Assembly (NCBI RefSeq): GCF_000009705.1
Contig: NC_003272.1
Span: 2,340,001 to 2,372,000, forward strand
DNA length: 32,000 nucleotides
Reading direction: 5' to 3'
DNA from: Nostoc sp. PCC 7120 = FACHB-418
GTDB lineage: Bacteria > Cyanobacteriota > Cyanobacteriia > Cyanobacteriales > Nostocaceae
The position numbers and the translations under genes were made by a program. Shown piece after piece: positions 8,635 through 18,197 of the stretch. Position 1 is the first letter of the stretch; each line of letters begins with the position of its first letter. A model generated the notes under the pieces. It was not told where the DNA came from. It did not search any database and saw only the letters and a list, made by a program, of their open reading frames with translations.

Positions 8635-11274
8635 ATGAAATCCTCTTTGCAGAATGAACAGGCGAGACTTGCAGCTTTACGCCAATATCAAATTCTAGAT
8701 ACTGAACCGGAGGAAGTTTATGACAATCTGGCTCAGTTAGCTGCGTTTATTTGCGGCACACCCATAGCTTTAGTCAATTTTATTGATGAAAATCGTCAAT
8801 GGTTTAAAGCCAAACTGGGTATAGACGTACCAGAAATGCCCCGGAATGTGGGTTTATCCTATCTTTGCCAGGAAAAGCAAGATGTTGTTGTTATACCGGA
8901 TACTTTAGCAGACGATCGCTTCATTGATAACCCAGTCGTTAAATCCTACCCTCATGTGAGATTTTACGCAGGTGTACCACTGTTGACACAAGAGGGTCAT
9001 TTTTTGGGAACCCTCTGCGTCATTGACAGGATACCAAAACAACTTAATCAGCCACAAATTGATGCACTGGTTGCCTTAAGTCGCCTAGTCATTAGTCAGC
9101 TAGAACTGAGGCGCAATGTCGCCCATGTATCTCAGATTAGCGAACTGTTGATTAAGCATGAACAAACGGCGCGTGCGGAGTCGGAAACAGCTAGAGAGCA
9201 GATTGCCAATATACTGGAAAGTATTACTGACGCGTTTTTTGCCATAGATTACGAATGGCGATTTACCTACGTCAATGGTCAAGCTTCCAAGTTGTTAGAG
9301 AAAACACCAGATGAGCTATTAGGTAAAAGTATCTGGGAAGTATTTTCAGATCACGTAGATTCAACATTTTATCGTGAAACTAGACGCGCGATCGCCAAAC
9401 AAATCAGTGTCAAGTTTGAGGAGTTTTACCCGCCACTGCACAAATGGTTTGCCATTCATGCTTACCCAAGTAAAGACGGCTTATCTGTTTATTTCCAAGA
9501 TATTAGCGAACGTCGATATACAGCCGCCGCCCTGCGCGAGAGTGAGGAACGTTGGCAGTTAGCTTTAATTGGTAACAATGATGGTATTTGGGATTGGAAC
9601 ATCAAAACTGATGAAGTCTTCTTCTCCTCACGCTGGAAACAAATGTTGGGGTATGAAGACGACGAAATTACTAACCACATTGATGAATGGTCAAAGCGGG
9701 TGCATCCTGATGATATAGATTGGGTAATGCAAGCGGTTCAAGACCATTTGGCGAAAAAAACTTCCCATTACGTTACCGAACATCGTGTACTGTGCAAAGA
9801 TGGCAGTTATAAATGGATTTTAGACCGAGGTCAGGCGCTTTGGGATGAGGCGGGTAATGCGTTACGGATGGTAGGTTCCCATACAGATATTACGGAACGC
9901 AAACAAACAGAAGAGGAATTAAAAAAACAGAATTTGCGATCGCAATTATTCGCGGAAATCACCGTCAAAATTCGGGAAACCCTTGATATTGAAGAGATTC
10001 TGCATACATCAGTTCAAGAAGTGCAGAAACTTTTGCAAGCAGACCGAGTATTGATTTTCCGACTCTGGGCCGATGGTTCGGGAACAGTAGTACAAGAATC
10101 AGTGTTACCTGGCTGGCCTGTGGTACTGGGACAAAATATCCTTGACCCTTGTTTTCAAAAAGATTACGTTGATAAATATCGCCAAGGGCGAGTCAGTGCC
10201 ATAGTAGATGTTACTAAAGCAGATATTCAAGAATGTCATCGAGAATTTTTGCAAGGATTTGGCGTAAAAGCTAACCTCGTAGTCCCTATTCTCAATCGGG
10301 ATGGCATTTGGGGTTTGCTGATTGCCCATCAGTGTACAAATCCTCGCCATTGGAATAACTTTGAGTTGGAATTATTGCAACAACTAGCCAACCAAATGGG
10401 AATTGCTTTATCCCAAGGACAATTATTGGAACTACAAACTAGGCAAAGTCAAGAACTCGCTCGTTCTAATACTGAACTGGAAAATTTCGCCTATGTAGCC
10501 TCCCATGATTTACAAGAACCCTTGCGGATGGTGACTAGTTATTTACAGTTATTGGAAAGGAGGTATAAAAATCAACTAGACAGTAACGCTGAACAGTTCA
10601 TCACCTACGCCGTTGATGGTGCTAGGCGGATGCAGACCTTAATCAACGACCTGTTGAATTATTCACGCGTTACCACCCGTGGACAACCATTTGTCGCCGT
10701 TGACTGTGGCGTTATTTTACAACGAGCGATCGCCAATCTCAAAATAGCGATCGAAGAATCTGGTGCAGTTGTTACCCATGACCCCTTACCCACAGTCATG
10801 GCAGACCCTACCCAACTAACCCAGATTTTTCAAAACCTCATCGCCAACGCCATCAAATTTCGCCGAGAAGCAGCACCAGAAATTCATGTTGGAGTAGTAG
10901 AGGCAGGGGGCAGGGGGCAGGAAGAGAAGTCGCAAGGAGGGTTTCCCTCCGGGCGAACTTCGGGGGCAGGGGGAGAAAGACCCAATCCCCCCCCAGTCCC
11001 CAATCCCCAATCCCCAGTCCCCAGTCCCCATACAACCTGGCTATTCTCAGTCCGTGATAATGGCATCGGTATAGAACCCCAATATGCAGACCGTATTTTT
11101 ATCATTTTTCAACGTCTGCATGGTAGAAGTAAATATCCGGGTACAGGCATTGGTTTGGCAATTTGTAAGAAAATAATAGAGCGCCACGGTGGTCATATCT
11201 GGGTGGAGTCGGAACCGGGTCAAGGCTCGACATTCTACTTCACAATTCCAGAACAAGCAGGGAAACAATCGTGA
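8635..11274 (+). CDS. Multi-sensor histidine kinase (GAF - PAS - PAS - GAF - HisKA - HATPase_c) with an in-frame repeat insertion in the ATPase domain
   Basis: 879 aa. H-box [15 protein letters not shown]-box [13 protein letters not shown]1 VRDNGIGI, G2 [12 protein letters not shown]. Two PAS-like modules end in DITERK / DISERR. A low-complexity G/P-rich segment of about 45 aa lies between the N-box and G1. Confidence 0.9.
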   Translation: MKSSLQNEQARLAALRQYQILDTEPEEVYDNLAQLAAFICGTPIALVNFIDENRQWFKAKLGIDVPEMPRNVGLSYLCQEKQDVVVIPDTLADDRFIDNPVVKSYPHVRFYAGVPLLTQEGHFLGTLCVIDRIPKQLNQPQIDALVALSRLVISQLELRRNVAHVSQISELLIKHEQTARAESETAREQIANILESITDAFFAIDYEWRFTYVNGQASKLLEKTPDELLGKSIWEVFSDHVDSTFYRETRRAIAKQISVKFEEFYPPLHKWFAIHAYPSKDGLSVYFQDISERRYTAAALRESEERWQLALIGNNDGIWDWNIKTDEVFFSSRWKQMLGYEDDEITNHIDEWSKRVHPDDIDWVMQAVQDHLAKKTSHYVTEHRVLCKDGSYKWILDRGQALWDEAGNALRMVGSHTDITERKQTEEELKKQNLRSQLFAEITVKIRETLDIEEILHTSVQEVQKLLQADRVLIFRLWADGSGTVVQESVLPGWPVVLGQNILDPCFQKDYVDKYRQGRVSAIVDVTKADIQECHREFLQGFGVKANLVVPILNRDGIWGLLIAHQCTNPRHWNNFELELLQQLANQMGIALSQGQLLELQTRQSQELARSNTELENFAYVASHDLQEPLRMVTSYLQLLERRYKNQLDSNAEQFITYAVDGARRMQTLINDLLNYSRVTTRGQPFVAVDCGVILQRAIANLKIAIEESGAVVTHDPLPTVMADPTQLTQIFQNLIANAIKFRREAAPEIHVGVVEAGGRGQEEKSQGGFPSGRTSGAGGERPNPPPVPNPQSPVPSPHTTWLFSVRDNGIGIEPQYADRIFIIFQRLHGRSKYPGTGIGLAICKKIIERHGGHIWVESEPGQGSTFYFTIPEQAGKQS
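10903..11030. repeat. STRR-containing structured element inside the kinase CDS
   Basis: Three parts. (1) GCAGGGG heptamers at 10903-10921. (2) A nested hairpin GAAGTCGCAAGGAGGGTTTCCCTCCGGGCGAACTTC at 10926-10961, with a perfect 6-bp GGAGGG/CCCTCC stem. (3) Tandem CCCCAGT/CCCCAAT heptamers (5.7 copies) at 10991-11030, matching the STRR1 consensus of heterocystous cyanobacteria. Confidence 0.8.
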
Positions 11275-11717
11275 ATATGACAACAGCGATTATGCCAATT
11301 GAGGTTTTGTTGGTAGAAGATAACCCAGGAGATGTAGAACTCACCCGTATTGCTTTAGAAGATAGCAAAATTTCCGTTCATCTGAGTGTGGTTGAGGATG
11401 GCGTGGAAGCAATGGCATTTCTGCGAAAACAAGATAAATACGCCAATGTACCTCATCCAGATATAGTGCTGCTGGATTTCAATCTGCCTAGAAAAGATGG
11501 GCGGGAAGTATTGGCAGAGATTAAAACTGATAGTTATCTCAAACGCATCCCAGTAGTGGTGCTGACGACTTCCCAGGCCGAGGAAGACATTCTCAAAGCT
11601 TATAACCTAGCAGCCAATTGTTACATAACTAAGCCTGTTGACTTTGACCAGTTCGTTAGAATTGTACAGTCCATAGAAAACTTTTGGTTTGCGATCGTCA
11701 AGCTGCCACCGGAGTGA
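11271..11717 (+). CDS. Single-domain CheY-like response regulator (REC only)
   Basis: 148 aa. [10 protein letters not shown], phospho-acceptor context IVLLDFNLP, and VVVLTTS...KP. The start is either a GTG overlapping the kinase stop (GTGA at 11271-11274) or the ATG at 11277. Confidence 0.9.
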   Translation: MNMTTAIMPIEVLLVEDNPGDVELTRIALEDSKISVHLSVVEDGVEAMAFLRKQDKYANVPHPDIVLLDFNLPRKDGREVLAEIKTDSYLKRIPVVVLTTSQAEEDILKAYNLAANCYITKPVDFDQFVRIVQSIENFWFAIVKLPPE

Positions 11718-11721
11718 AGCA

Positions 11722-14001
11722 ATGGCAGATGAAATTATCAAAGTCTTATTGGTAGAAGATAATCCTGGTGACGCTTTTTTAATTCAAGAGTTAATCAAAG
11801 AGGTAAATACAGCCAATTTAGAGTTATATCCAGTAGAGCGATTATCGGAAGCACTGAAAATTCTTGCTAGTGATACTTCTGATGGTTCGGTTCCACGCTT
11901 TGATGTCATGTTATTAGACTTGTCTTTACCCGACAGTCAGGGTATAGATACCTTTGTCAGAGCTAACCGTGAGACCAACGTTCTTCCCATCATCGTGCTA
12001 ACGGGAATAGATGATGAGAATTTAGCACTCAAAGCCATGCAGAAGGGAGCGCAAGATTATTTAGTTAAAGGACAAGTCACAGGAGACTTATTAGTACGTT
12101 CCATTCGTTATGCCATAGAACGTCAACGAGTAGAAGAAGCTCTGCGTCACAGCGAGGAACGGTTTCGGGTGGCGCTGAAAAACTCTCCTATTTTCGTTTT
12201 TAATCAAGACAGAGACTTACGTTATACCTGGATTTATAACCCAATTGCTGGGTGGACAGTTGAAGAAATGTTGGGTAAACAAGACTCGGAAATTATGTCT
12301 GAGCAGGATGCCCAATGTCTCACTGCCATCAAATATCATGTCCTCACTACAGGTATAGGGACTCGTCAGGTGGTGTCTATCGGTACTCCTCTAGGGACAA
12401 AATACTATGATTTAACTGTCGAGCCATTGCGGAATGAGTCACAAGACATTGTTGGCATTACTTGTGCTTGTATTGACATTAGTGAACGTAAACTAGCAGA
12501 AGCTAAAATTCGTGAACAAGCAGCCTTATTAGACATCACCACAGATGGTATATGTGTGCGCGATTTAGAAAATAAAATTTTGTTTTGGAACAAAGGTGCA
12601 GAAAATCTCTACGGTTGGCAAGCCCATGAGGTGATAGGTAAAAATGCTAGTGATCTTTTATTTCGTGAACCTTCTCTAGAAGTGGAAACTGCTTTATTAA
12701 ACGTTATCTCTCAAGGTAATTGGCAAGGAGAATTAAACAAAGTTACCAAAACTGGTAAGGAAATTGTTGTGGCTAGTCGTTGGAGTTTAGTCTATGACGA
12801 GCAAGGAAAACCAAAATCCATTCTCTCTGTAGATACAGATATTACCCAGAAAAAACATTTAGAAGCGCAATTATTTCGGACTCAACGCCTAGAAAGTATC
12901 GGAACTCTAGCTAGTGGCATTGCTCACGACCTCAACAATATCTTGACACCAATTTTAGCAGGAGCGCAATTACTACCACTCAAATTTCCTGACGCAGATG
13001 AACGTACTCAGCATTTACTAGAGATTTTAGAAATCAATGCTAAACGTGGTGCTGATTTAGTGAAGCAAGTGCTGTCCTTCGCCAGAGGTGTGGAAGGAAA
13101 GCGCATCACTTTACAACTCAAACATTTAATTGTGGAAGTTGTGAAAATTTTGAAGGAAACATTTCCCAAATCCATCGAAGTTTACACAGATATACCAAAT
13201 GACTTGTGGATGGTTTCTGGGGATAGTACCCAACTTCATCAAGTGCTGATGAATCTTTGCGTCAATGCCCGCGATGCTATGCCTGATGGTGGTACGTTGA
13301 CAATCTCTGCGGAAAATCTATTGATTGATGAAAACTACGCCCGGATGAACTTGGAAGCTAAACAAGGCCCATACATCATGATTACGGTGTCGGATACAGG
13401 AGTGGGCATTTCTCCAGAAAACTTAGATAGGATATTTGAGCCATTTTTTACCACCAAAGCTGTAGGACAAGGTACTGGTTTAGGTCTTTCCACGGTTTTA
13501 GGGATTGTCAAAAGTCACGGTGGTTTCGTCAATGTCTATAGTGAAGAAGGGCGGGGTACTACCTTTAGAGTTTACTTACCATCTGTGGGTGGTACGGAAG
13601 CACCCCATATAGATCATCTATTACCGCCGGCTGGTCATGGAGAATTAATCTTGATTGTTGATGATGAAGTCTCAATCCAAGATATTACCAAAACATCTTT
13701 AGAAGGTCATCAATATGAGACTTTAGTTGCTAGTGATGGGGTGGAGGCGATCGCTCTTTATGCCAAAAATGCCGATAAAATTAGTGCTGTATTAATGGAT
13801 ATCATGCTACCAGTACTCGATGGCTTAACCACTATTCGCACTTTGAAGAAAATTAACCCCCAAGTCAAAATTATAGCTACCAGTGGACTCATATCGAAAA
13901 CTAAGTTAACCGAAATAGTCAATACTGGTGCTAACTCATTCTTAGCCAAGCCCTACACAGTCAATGAGTTGTTGTTGGCTCTGCACGAAGTGATGACGTG
14001 A
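11722..14001 (+). CDS. Hybrid sensor histidine kinase (REC - PAS - PAS - HisKA - HATPase_c - REC)
   Basis: The start is moved to ATG 11722 ([17 protein letters not shown]). The 11-aa track extension overlaps the upstream gene. H-box GIAHDLNNILT, N-box LMNLCVNARDAM, G1 VSDTGVGI, G2 GTGLGLSTV. The C-terminal REC has ILIVDDE and VLMDIMLP. Confidence 0.9.
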   Translation: MADEIIKVLLVEDNPGDAFLIQELIKEVNTANLELYPVERLSEALKILASDTSDGSVPRFDVMLLDLSLPDSQGIDTFVRANRETNVLPIIVLTGIDDENLALKAMQKGAQDYLVKGQVTGDLLVRSIRYAIERQRVEEALRHSEERFRVALKNSPIFVFNQDRDLRYTWIYNPIAGWTVEEMLGKQDSEIMSEQDAQCLTAIKYHVLTTGIGTRQVVSIGTPLGTKYYDLTVEPLRNESQDIVGITCACIDISERKLAEAKIREQAALLDITTDGICVRDLENKILFWNKGAENLYGWQAHEVIGKNASDLLFREPSLEVETALLNVISQGNWQGELNKVTKTGKEIVVASRWSLVYDEQGKPKSILSVDTDITQKKHLEAQLFRTQRLESIGTLASGIAHDLNNILTPILAGAQLLPLKFPDADERTQHLLEILEINAKRGADLVKQVLSFARGVEGKRITLQLKHLIVEVVKILKETFPKSIEVYTDIPNDLWMVSGDSTQLHQVLMNLCVNARDAMPDGGTLTISAENLLIDENYARMNLEAKQGPYIMITVSDTGVGISPENLDRIFEPFFTTKAVGQGTGLGLSTVLGIVKSHGGFVNVYSEEGRGTTFRVYLPSVGGTEAPHIDHLLPPAGHGELILIVDDEVSIQDITKTSLEGHQYETLVASDGVEAIALYAKNADKISAVLMDIMLPVLDGLTTIRTLKKINPQVKIIATSGLISKTKLTEIVNTGANSFLAKPYTVNELLLALHEVMT

Positions 14002-14010
14002 AATATTAAA

Positions 14011-15279
14011 TCAAATTTCTATGCCTAAAACACATAAATGATCTTTTATAAGTTGTTTACCCAAATGCAAGGGATATGGTGAGATAATATTACCCATAGA
14101 CCATGCTGGTGAAATTCGTAGATAATGCGGTACTCGACAAAGTATTTTGAGACTTTCTGCTGTTTTTTGGAAATTTGGATGGACGAAAAATGGAACCATT
14201 TCTAAGATTTGTTGATGCTTGAATGCAATATTTACACCGTATTCGTCATTTTGAGAATCAAGCATATAGAGTTCCCTTGTTGTTAGTGTATCTTGTGCTT
14301 TTTGTGTTGTTGGTAATTTACCAATTGAGAAATAATGAAGTAACTCAGGTATAGATATATCGTAAAAACCACTTAAATTGATGAGATCCCTTGCTGAAGA
14401 GTTTTCATCCCAGGTTTCTCTATTAGTGATATATTGGGCTGTCTCATCGCCAGAGCGTAAGCGGATGATTCCAAGTAAGTTTTTGAGTGCTTTATGGTCA
14501 CGGGGATACACACAACCATGACCCGGAACGTGTTGGAAATCTAACACATCACGCTTTGCAAAAAGATATTCATTTTTCAATTGAAACCAAGCTTGACCTT
14601 CATTATCCTCACCACGCTCGTTGCGCCATCCCTCAGCCTCGATTAAAACCAGTGTGGGGCGATCGCTGATTTGCGTGAATACATCAGCCGCAAATTTAGC
14701 TAGTTCTATCCCTTTTAATTGGACTGTTTTGAAAAGATGGCGATCGCGTTTTACCTGTGAGAAAATTTTCCCAAGTTCAATTCCTGCTCGTGGGTAAGGA
14801 ATCCAATCCTTTGTATTAGGAAATAATACATCAACCTCACCCGTTGCCCGTAGACGGACAGCAAGAACATAGTGGATATTTTCCCTAGCTTGATTGACTT
14901 TACGACGGCACAAGGCAATCACATCTAGGTTTTGTGCAATTTCCTTCTCTATCCCCGCCTGTTCATAAACTTCTGAAGGTAAACCATATAGCGTGCCAGT
15001 CTGACGTAGTGTCAAATCCAATACAGCGTTTAATATACGCCCTTCAGTTTTCTTACTATAAGAGGGTGTAACATTTTTATTATTATCTTCTTGGTTAGTA
15101 GATTTTGGTGAAACCGTTTGCACCATTTGGGAACTAAGTTCTTCTAACACACAAGCTTCCCTAACGGCTCCATAGATATTTTGCTGTGGATATAATCCTT
15201 TCTTTTTGGTTTGTCCAACTTCCACAATTGCCAAGCAGTAAGGTTGGATGGAACAGTCAATCAAAGGTTTAAGTTTGAC
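14011..15279 (-). pseudogene. pPIWI-RE protein, C-terminal segment (predicted RNase H/PIWI-like domain), cut off from the rest by an in-frame TAA
   Basis: The track ORF 14011-15264 starts at a TTG. The same frame is open up to the TAA at 15280-15282, which ends the upstream ORF (15282 minus 15264 = 18 nt). Features I associate with the pPIWI_RE RNase H domain: IIRLRSGDETAQY, QQILEMVPFFV, and the C-terminal PYPLHLGKQL. Confidence 0.6.
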
Positions 15280-16173
15280 TTACAAAGACTTGCGCCATTC
15301 TTCGCGTTTATGCTGATACTCTTTACTAATTTGTTTATCAAACTCTTGACCATCTTTAGGAGCTAATCCATTTGTATCTAGTGGCTTTAAAAGTTTATCA
15401 TTATCAATCCACACAGATAATAGTTTAATATAATCAGGAAAGTCTTCGTCTTCATTTAATAAAAAGACATCACGTAAACTTTGATAGACAATATCATGGG
15501 TATCTCGTTCGCGCCATAACAGAAAAATATACATAAATTTTCCCGTTAATACTCGTTGGATAGCATTAGCAATGATTATTTTTCTTTCCTGATGATGTTT
15601 AGCTACAAGTTCTTGAATTTTGTCTTGACTCAGCTTTTCTTTTTGCTGTTTTGTTATGGTTTTAGGCTGGGAGATAAATTTGTAATCACGCATTGCCAAG
15701 GGCGTATTTTGTCCAGATGGAGTAGGAATGTCAGTTTGTATTGGCTCATCTGGAATAAGTACATTATCTAATAATTGCAATACTTGATTTACTATATCTC
15801 CGCGCTCCTGTAAACTAAATCCAGGTTTAATGCTGTGTTTTCTTTTAGAGCTTTCATGTTTATACTTGTATCCTTCAGCGTGAACTATATAATATTCATC
15901 TTTTTTCCAATCAGGTCTATTTTGTAAATTGTTGTATTTTATTGGATTAAGTAGAATATCACTACTAGATTGAAGCGATCGCGCCTTAAAAGCAGATAGC
16001 AAATTTGGTAATTGAAATTCCCACTGCTTACTCTCCTCTCTCCCATTATTGTCAATAGTGAGTCTGATTAAAGTAGAATCTATATCATACCCAGATAAGC
16101 GCTCTTCATTCATACCCATCAACACAGAGATATCACGTCCATAATTAGTTTCTATTAATGGTTCATGAGCATA
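15280..16173 (-). pseudogene. pPIWI-RE protein, middle segment (between the IS630 insertion and the in-frame TAA)
   Basis: The track ORF 15280-16125 starts at a GTG. My translation stays open upstream to the IS junction (YAHEPLIETNYGRDISVLMGMNEERL...). It ends at TAA 15280-15282. Confidence 0.6.
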
Positions 16174-17365
16174 TAGGAATCCTATTTGATTTTTGAATAA
16201 GTTCCGTACATCTGTAGAGTGTCAAAATCAAAGGTAGTGTGTCTAATAAACCACTCAAATATCCACTTTAAATGTGAAAATGAAGGAATTAAAGCACAAA
16301 AACGTCTAACCCATGTTTTGGCTTGTAACCAAATATCCTCTATCGGATTTTGTACTGGGCAATTAGGGGCAAAACGGACACAGTGTATTTTCCATTGCTC
16401 GGTTGGTAAGCTTTGATTAACAGAGTCCAAGAAACCTCTAATTTCCTTGGAACGGTGGTAGCTAGCCCCATCCCAAAAAATTAGTAATCGCTGGTCGGGA
16501 GAGTTAGCTAGTAAGTATTCTAGGTAGTTGATAGTATTTTTTGAGTTTCCAGCATCATAAGCTTTGAGAACTAATTCTCCAAGGAGATAGTCAACTGCCC
16601 CATAGTATGTCTGCTTATCTCGCTCGTTGACAACTGGGACTGCGATTTCTTGGTCACTTTTTCCCCATACATAACCACTTAAATCTCCCCACATTAAATG
16701 ACACTCATCAATTAACAATACTCTTAACTTTCCTGTTTCGATTTCTTCTCGGTTATTTGCCAGCAATGTTTCAATCTCTTTTTTTTTTCTGCAACAGCAT
16801 TCTCATCGGCTTTCGGATTTACCTTTGTGGTTTTCTTCCAACTGATTCCTGCTTCGGAGAACAAGTCGTAGTAGCTTTGCTTTGACTCATAAACTACGTC
16901 ATACTCAAAAGCTAGTTGATACTCTAGTTCCCCAAGCTCCCAACAATCTTTTGTTTGTAGCCAGCTCAACACCTCTTGGAGTTGTTTAGCATTCAGATAG
17001 CTCTTTCTCCCTTTGTAGTTTAGTCGCAGTCCGTCAATTCCAGTTTCTTCATAGGCTTGCTTCCAGCCTGTGATTGACCCTCGCGATACGTCTAAAATTT
17101 TTTGGATTTCATCATACAAGTAACCTTGATAAACTAGCTTGACTGCCAATGCTTTCCTTACTTCACGCGCATCTGGACACATATCTATAAAATCTTGTAA
17201 TTCAGCAATCGCATTCAGTGCAGTTTCCTCTTTTAAATATTGCTGCGATACTTCCCCCGCAAGTGTAGTAGCTTGTAAATGCTGACTTTTCATTGTTTAC
17301 TATTAGACTTTTATCCCTCTCCGTATTATCTCTTGGTCTTGTTCACAAATCAAATAGGATTCCTA
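16174..17365 (-). mobile_element. IS630-family insertion sequence (~1.19 kb) inserted in the pPIWI-RE gene
   Basis: Terminal inverted repeats: TAGGAATCCTATTTGATTTTTGAATAAG (from 16174) pairs with the reverse complement of CTTGTTCACAAATCAAATAGGATTCCTA (ending 17365), with 2 mismatches over ~28 bp. Flanking TA at 16172-16173 and 17366-17367 is the target duplication typical of IS630/Tc1-mariner. Boundaries are ambiguous by 2 nt because of the TATA context. Confidence 0.85.
16182..17293 (-). CDS. IS630-family transposase (HTH N-terminal part 16724-17293, DDE part 16182-16766), two frames joined at an A10 run
   Basis: The N-terminal ORF has winged-helix/HTH character. The C-terminal ORF carries DDE-type residues (LLIDECH, IFWDGASYH, NPIEDIW). 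The frames overlap around AAAAAAAAAA (T-run on the plus strand, 16779-16788), and the downstream frame is -1 relative to the upstream one. Confidence 0.85.
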
Positions 17366-18174
17366 TATCTCTGGCAACTTAAATGTAAGAAAATCCAAGG
17401 TTTGATCTGACTAATTTCATTAAACCTTCCTGCTTGAGTTTGTAAGCGAAAATCTAAGCGATAGACAAAATATCCTGTCCTTTCCTTGCCGTTCTCATCT
17501 AGGTAAAAGGCAACAAATGGTTGACTAACTAGGAATAGTCCCGTTCTTCCTGAACCATCGCCTTGTGCTTTTCTCCAGCGAATTTCTTGCTCTCTTTGTC
17601 CAGAGCGAATAACACAGGCTTTTCCATGCAATATAGTTGCAAGTAGGCTGGGTATAGCTTGAAATCCAAGTCCTTTTTCGGCGTTAATATTTTGGATCAG
17701 GGTTTCTGTTGGTATTGATTGCCAAAACCAATTAGAGGGAAATATGTCTATTTTTTCTAGGAAGCGATCGCAAACACTAGCGACCTGATCTGTTTTTCCC
17801 TTACCAGAAAATTGCTTTGTCCATTCCTGCGCCCAAATACTCACTAACTCATGTATTTGTTCTGGTGTGGGAACTCGAAGGGGATTTTCATTTGTGCCTA
17901 CAGCTAAAGCTCGATAATCACCTCTATCAAAATACTCAAAACCATGAGTTAAAGTTGATGCACAGGCAACTAAACCATTATTCAACTGTCTGTAAGGTAC
18001 ATGAACCTTTTTTTTGCGATTTGGGGATAAAACCTCTTCCATGCTGTTACGAAATTCCGCAATAATTTCGGCAAATGGAAACTGAAGTATCGCAATTTGC
18101 AAATTTTTTAAAGCATCTTCCCGAAGCGTCATTCGCGCCAGTAAAAGGGAATTTGAATCAGATTTTTTAGGCAT
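17366..18174 (-). pseudogene. pPIWI-RE protein, N-terminal segment (pPIWI_RE N-terminal module), truncated by IS630
   Basis: The track ORF 17350-18189 starts at a GTG. ATG 18174 is preceded by AGGAG 7 nt upstream, so I prefer it. The last 5 track residues (YRNPI) and the stop are read from IS sequence. The native sequence ends ...FLHLSCQR at the TA target site. Confidence 0.6.
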
Positions 18175-18197
18175 TGTCAACTCCTGCACGCAAAAAG

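Noticed and set aside
10981-11030. Tandem short repeats considered as a possible CRISPR array
   Set aside because: The units are 7 nt with no spacers, which fits STRR1-type heptamers. No repeat-spacer periodicity of 25-40 nt occurs anywhere in the window, and no cas genes are present.
10816-11283. Four minus-strand ORFs (10816-11031, 10853-11035, 10884-11105, 11047-11283) over the kinase 3' region
   Set aside because: Three are open only because the G/C-heptamer repeats contain no stop codons in any frame. Their products are low-complexity G/W/L/P strings. All sit inside a kinase domain with intact catalytic motifs.
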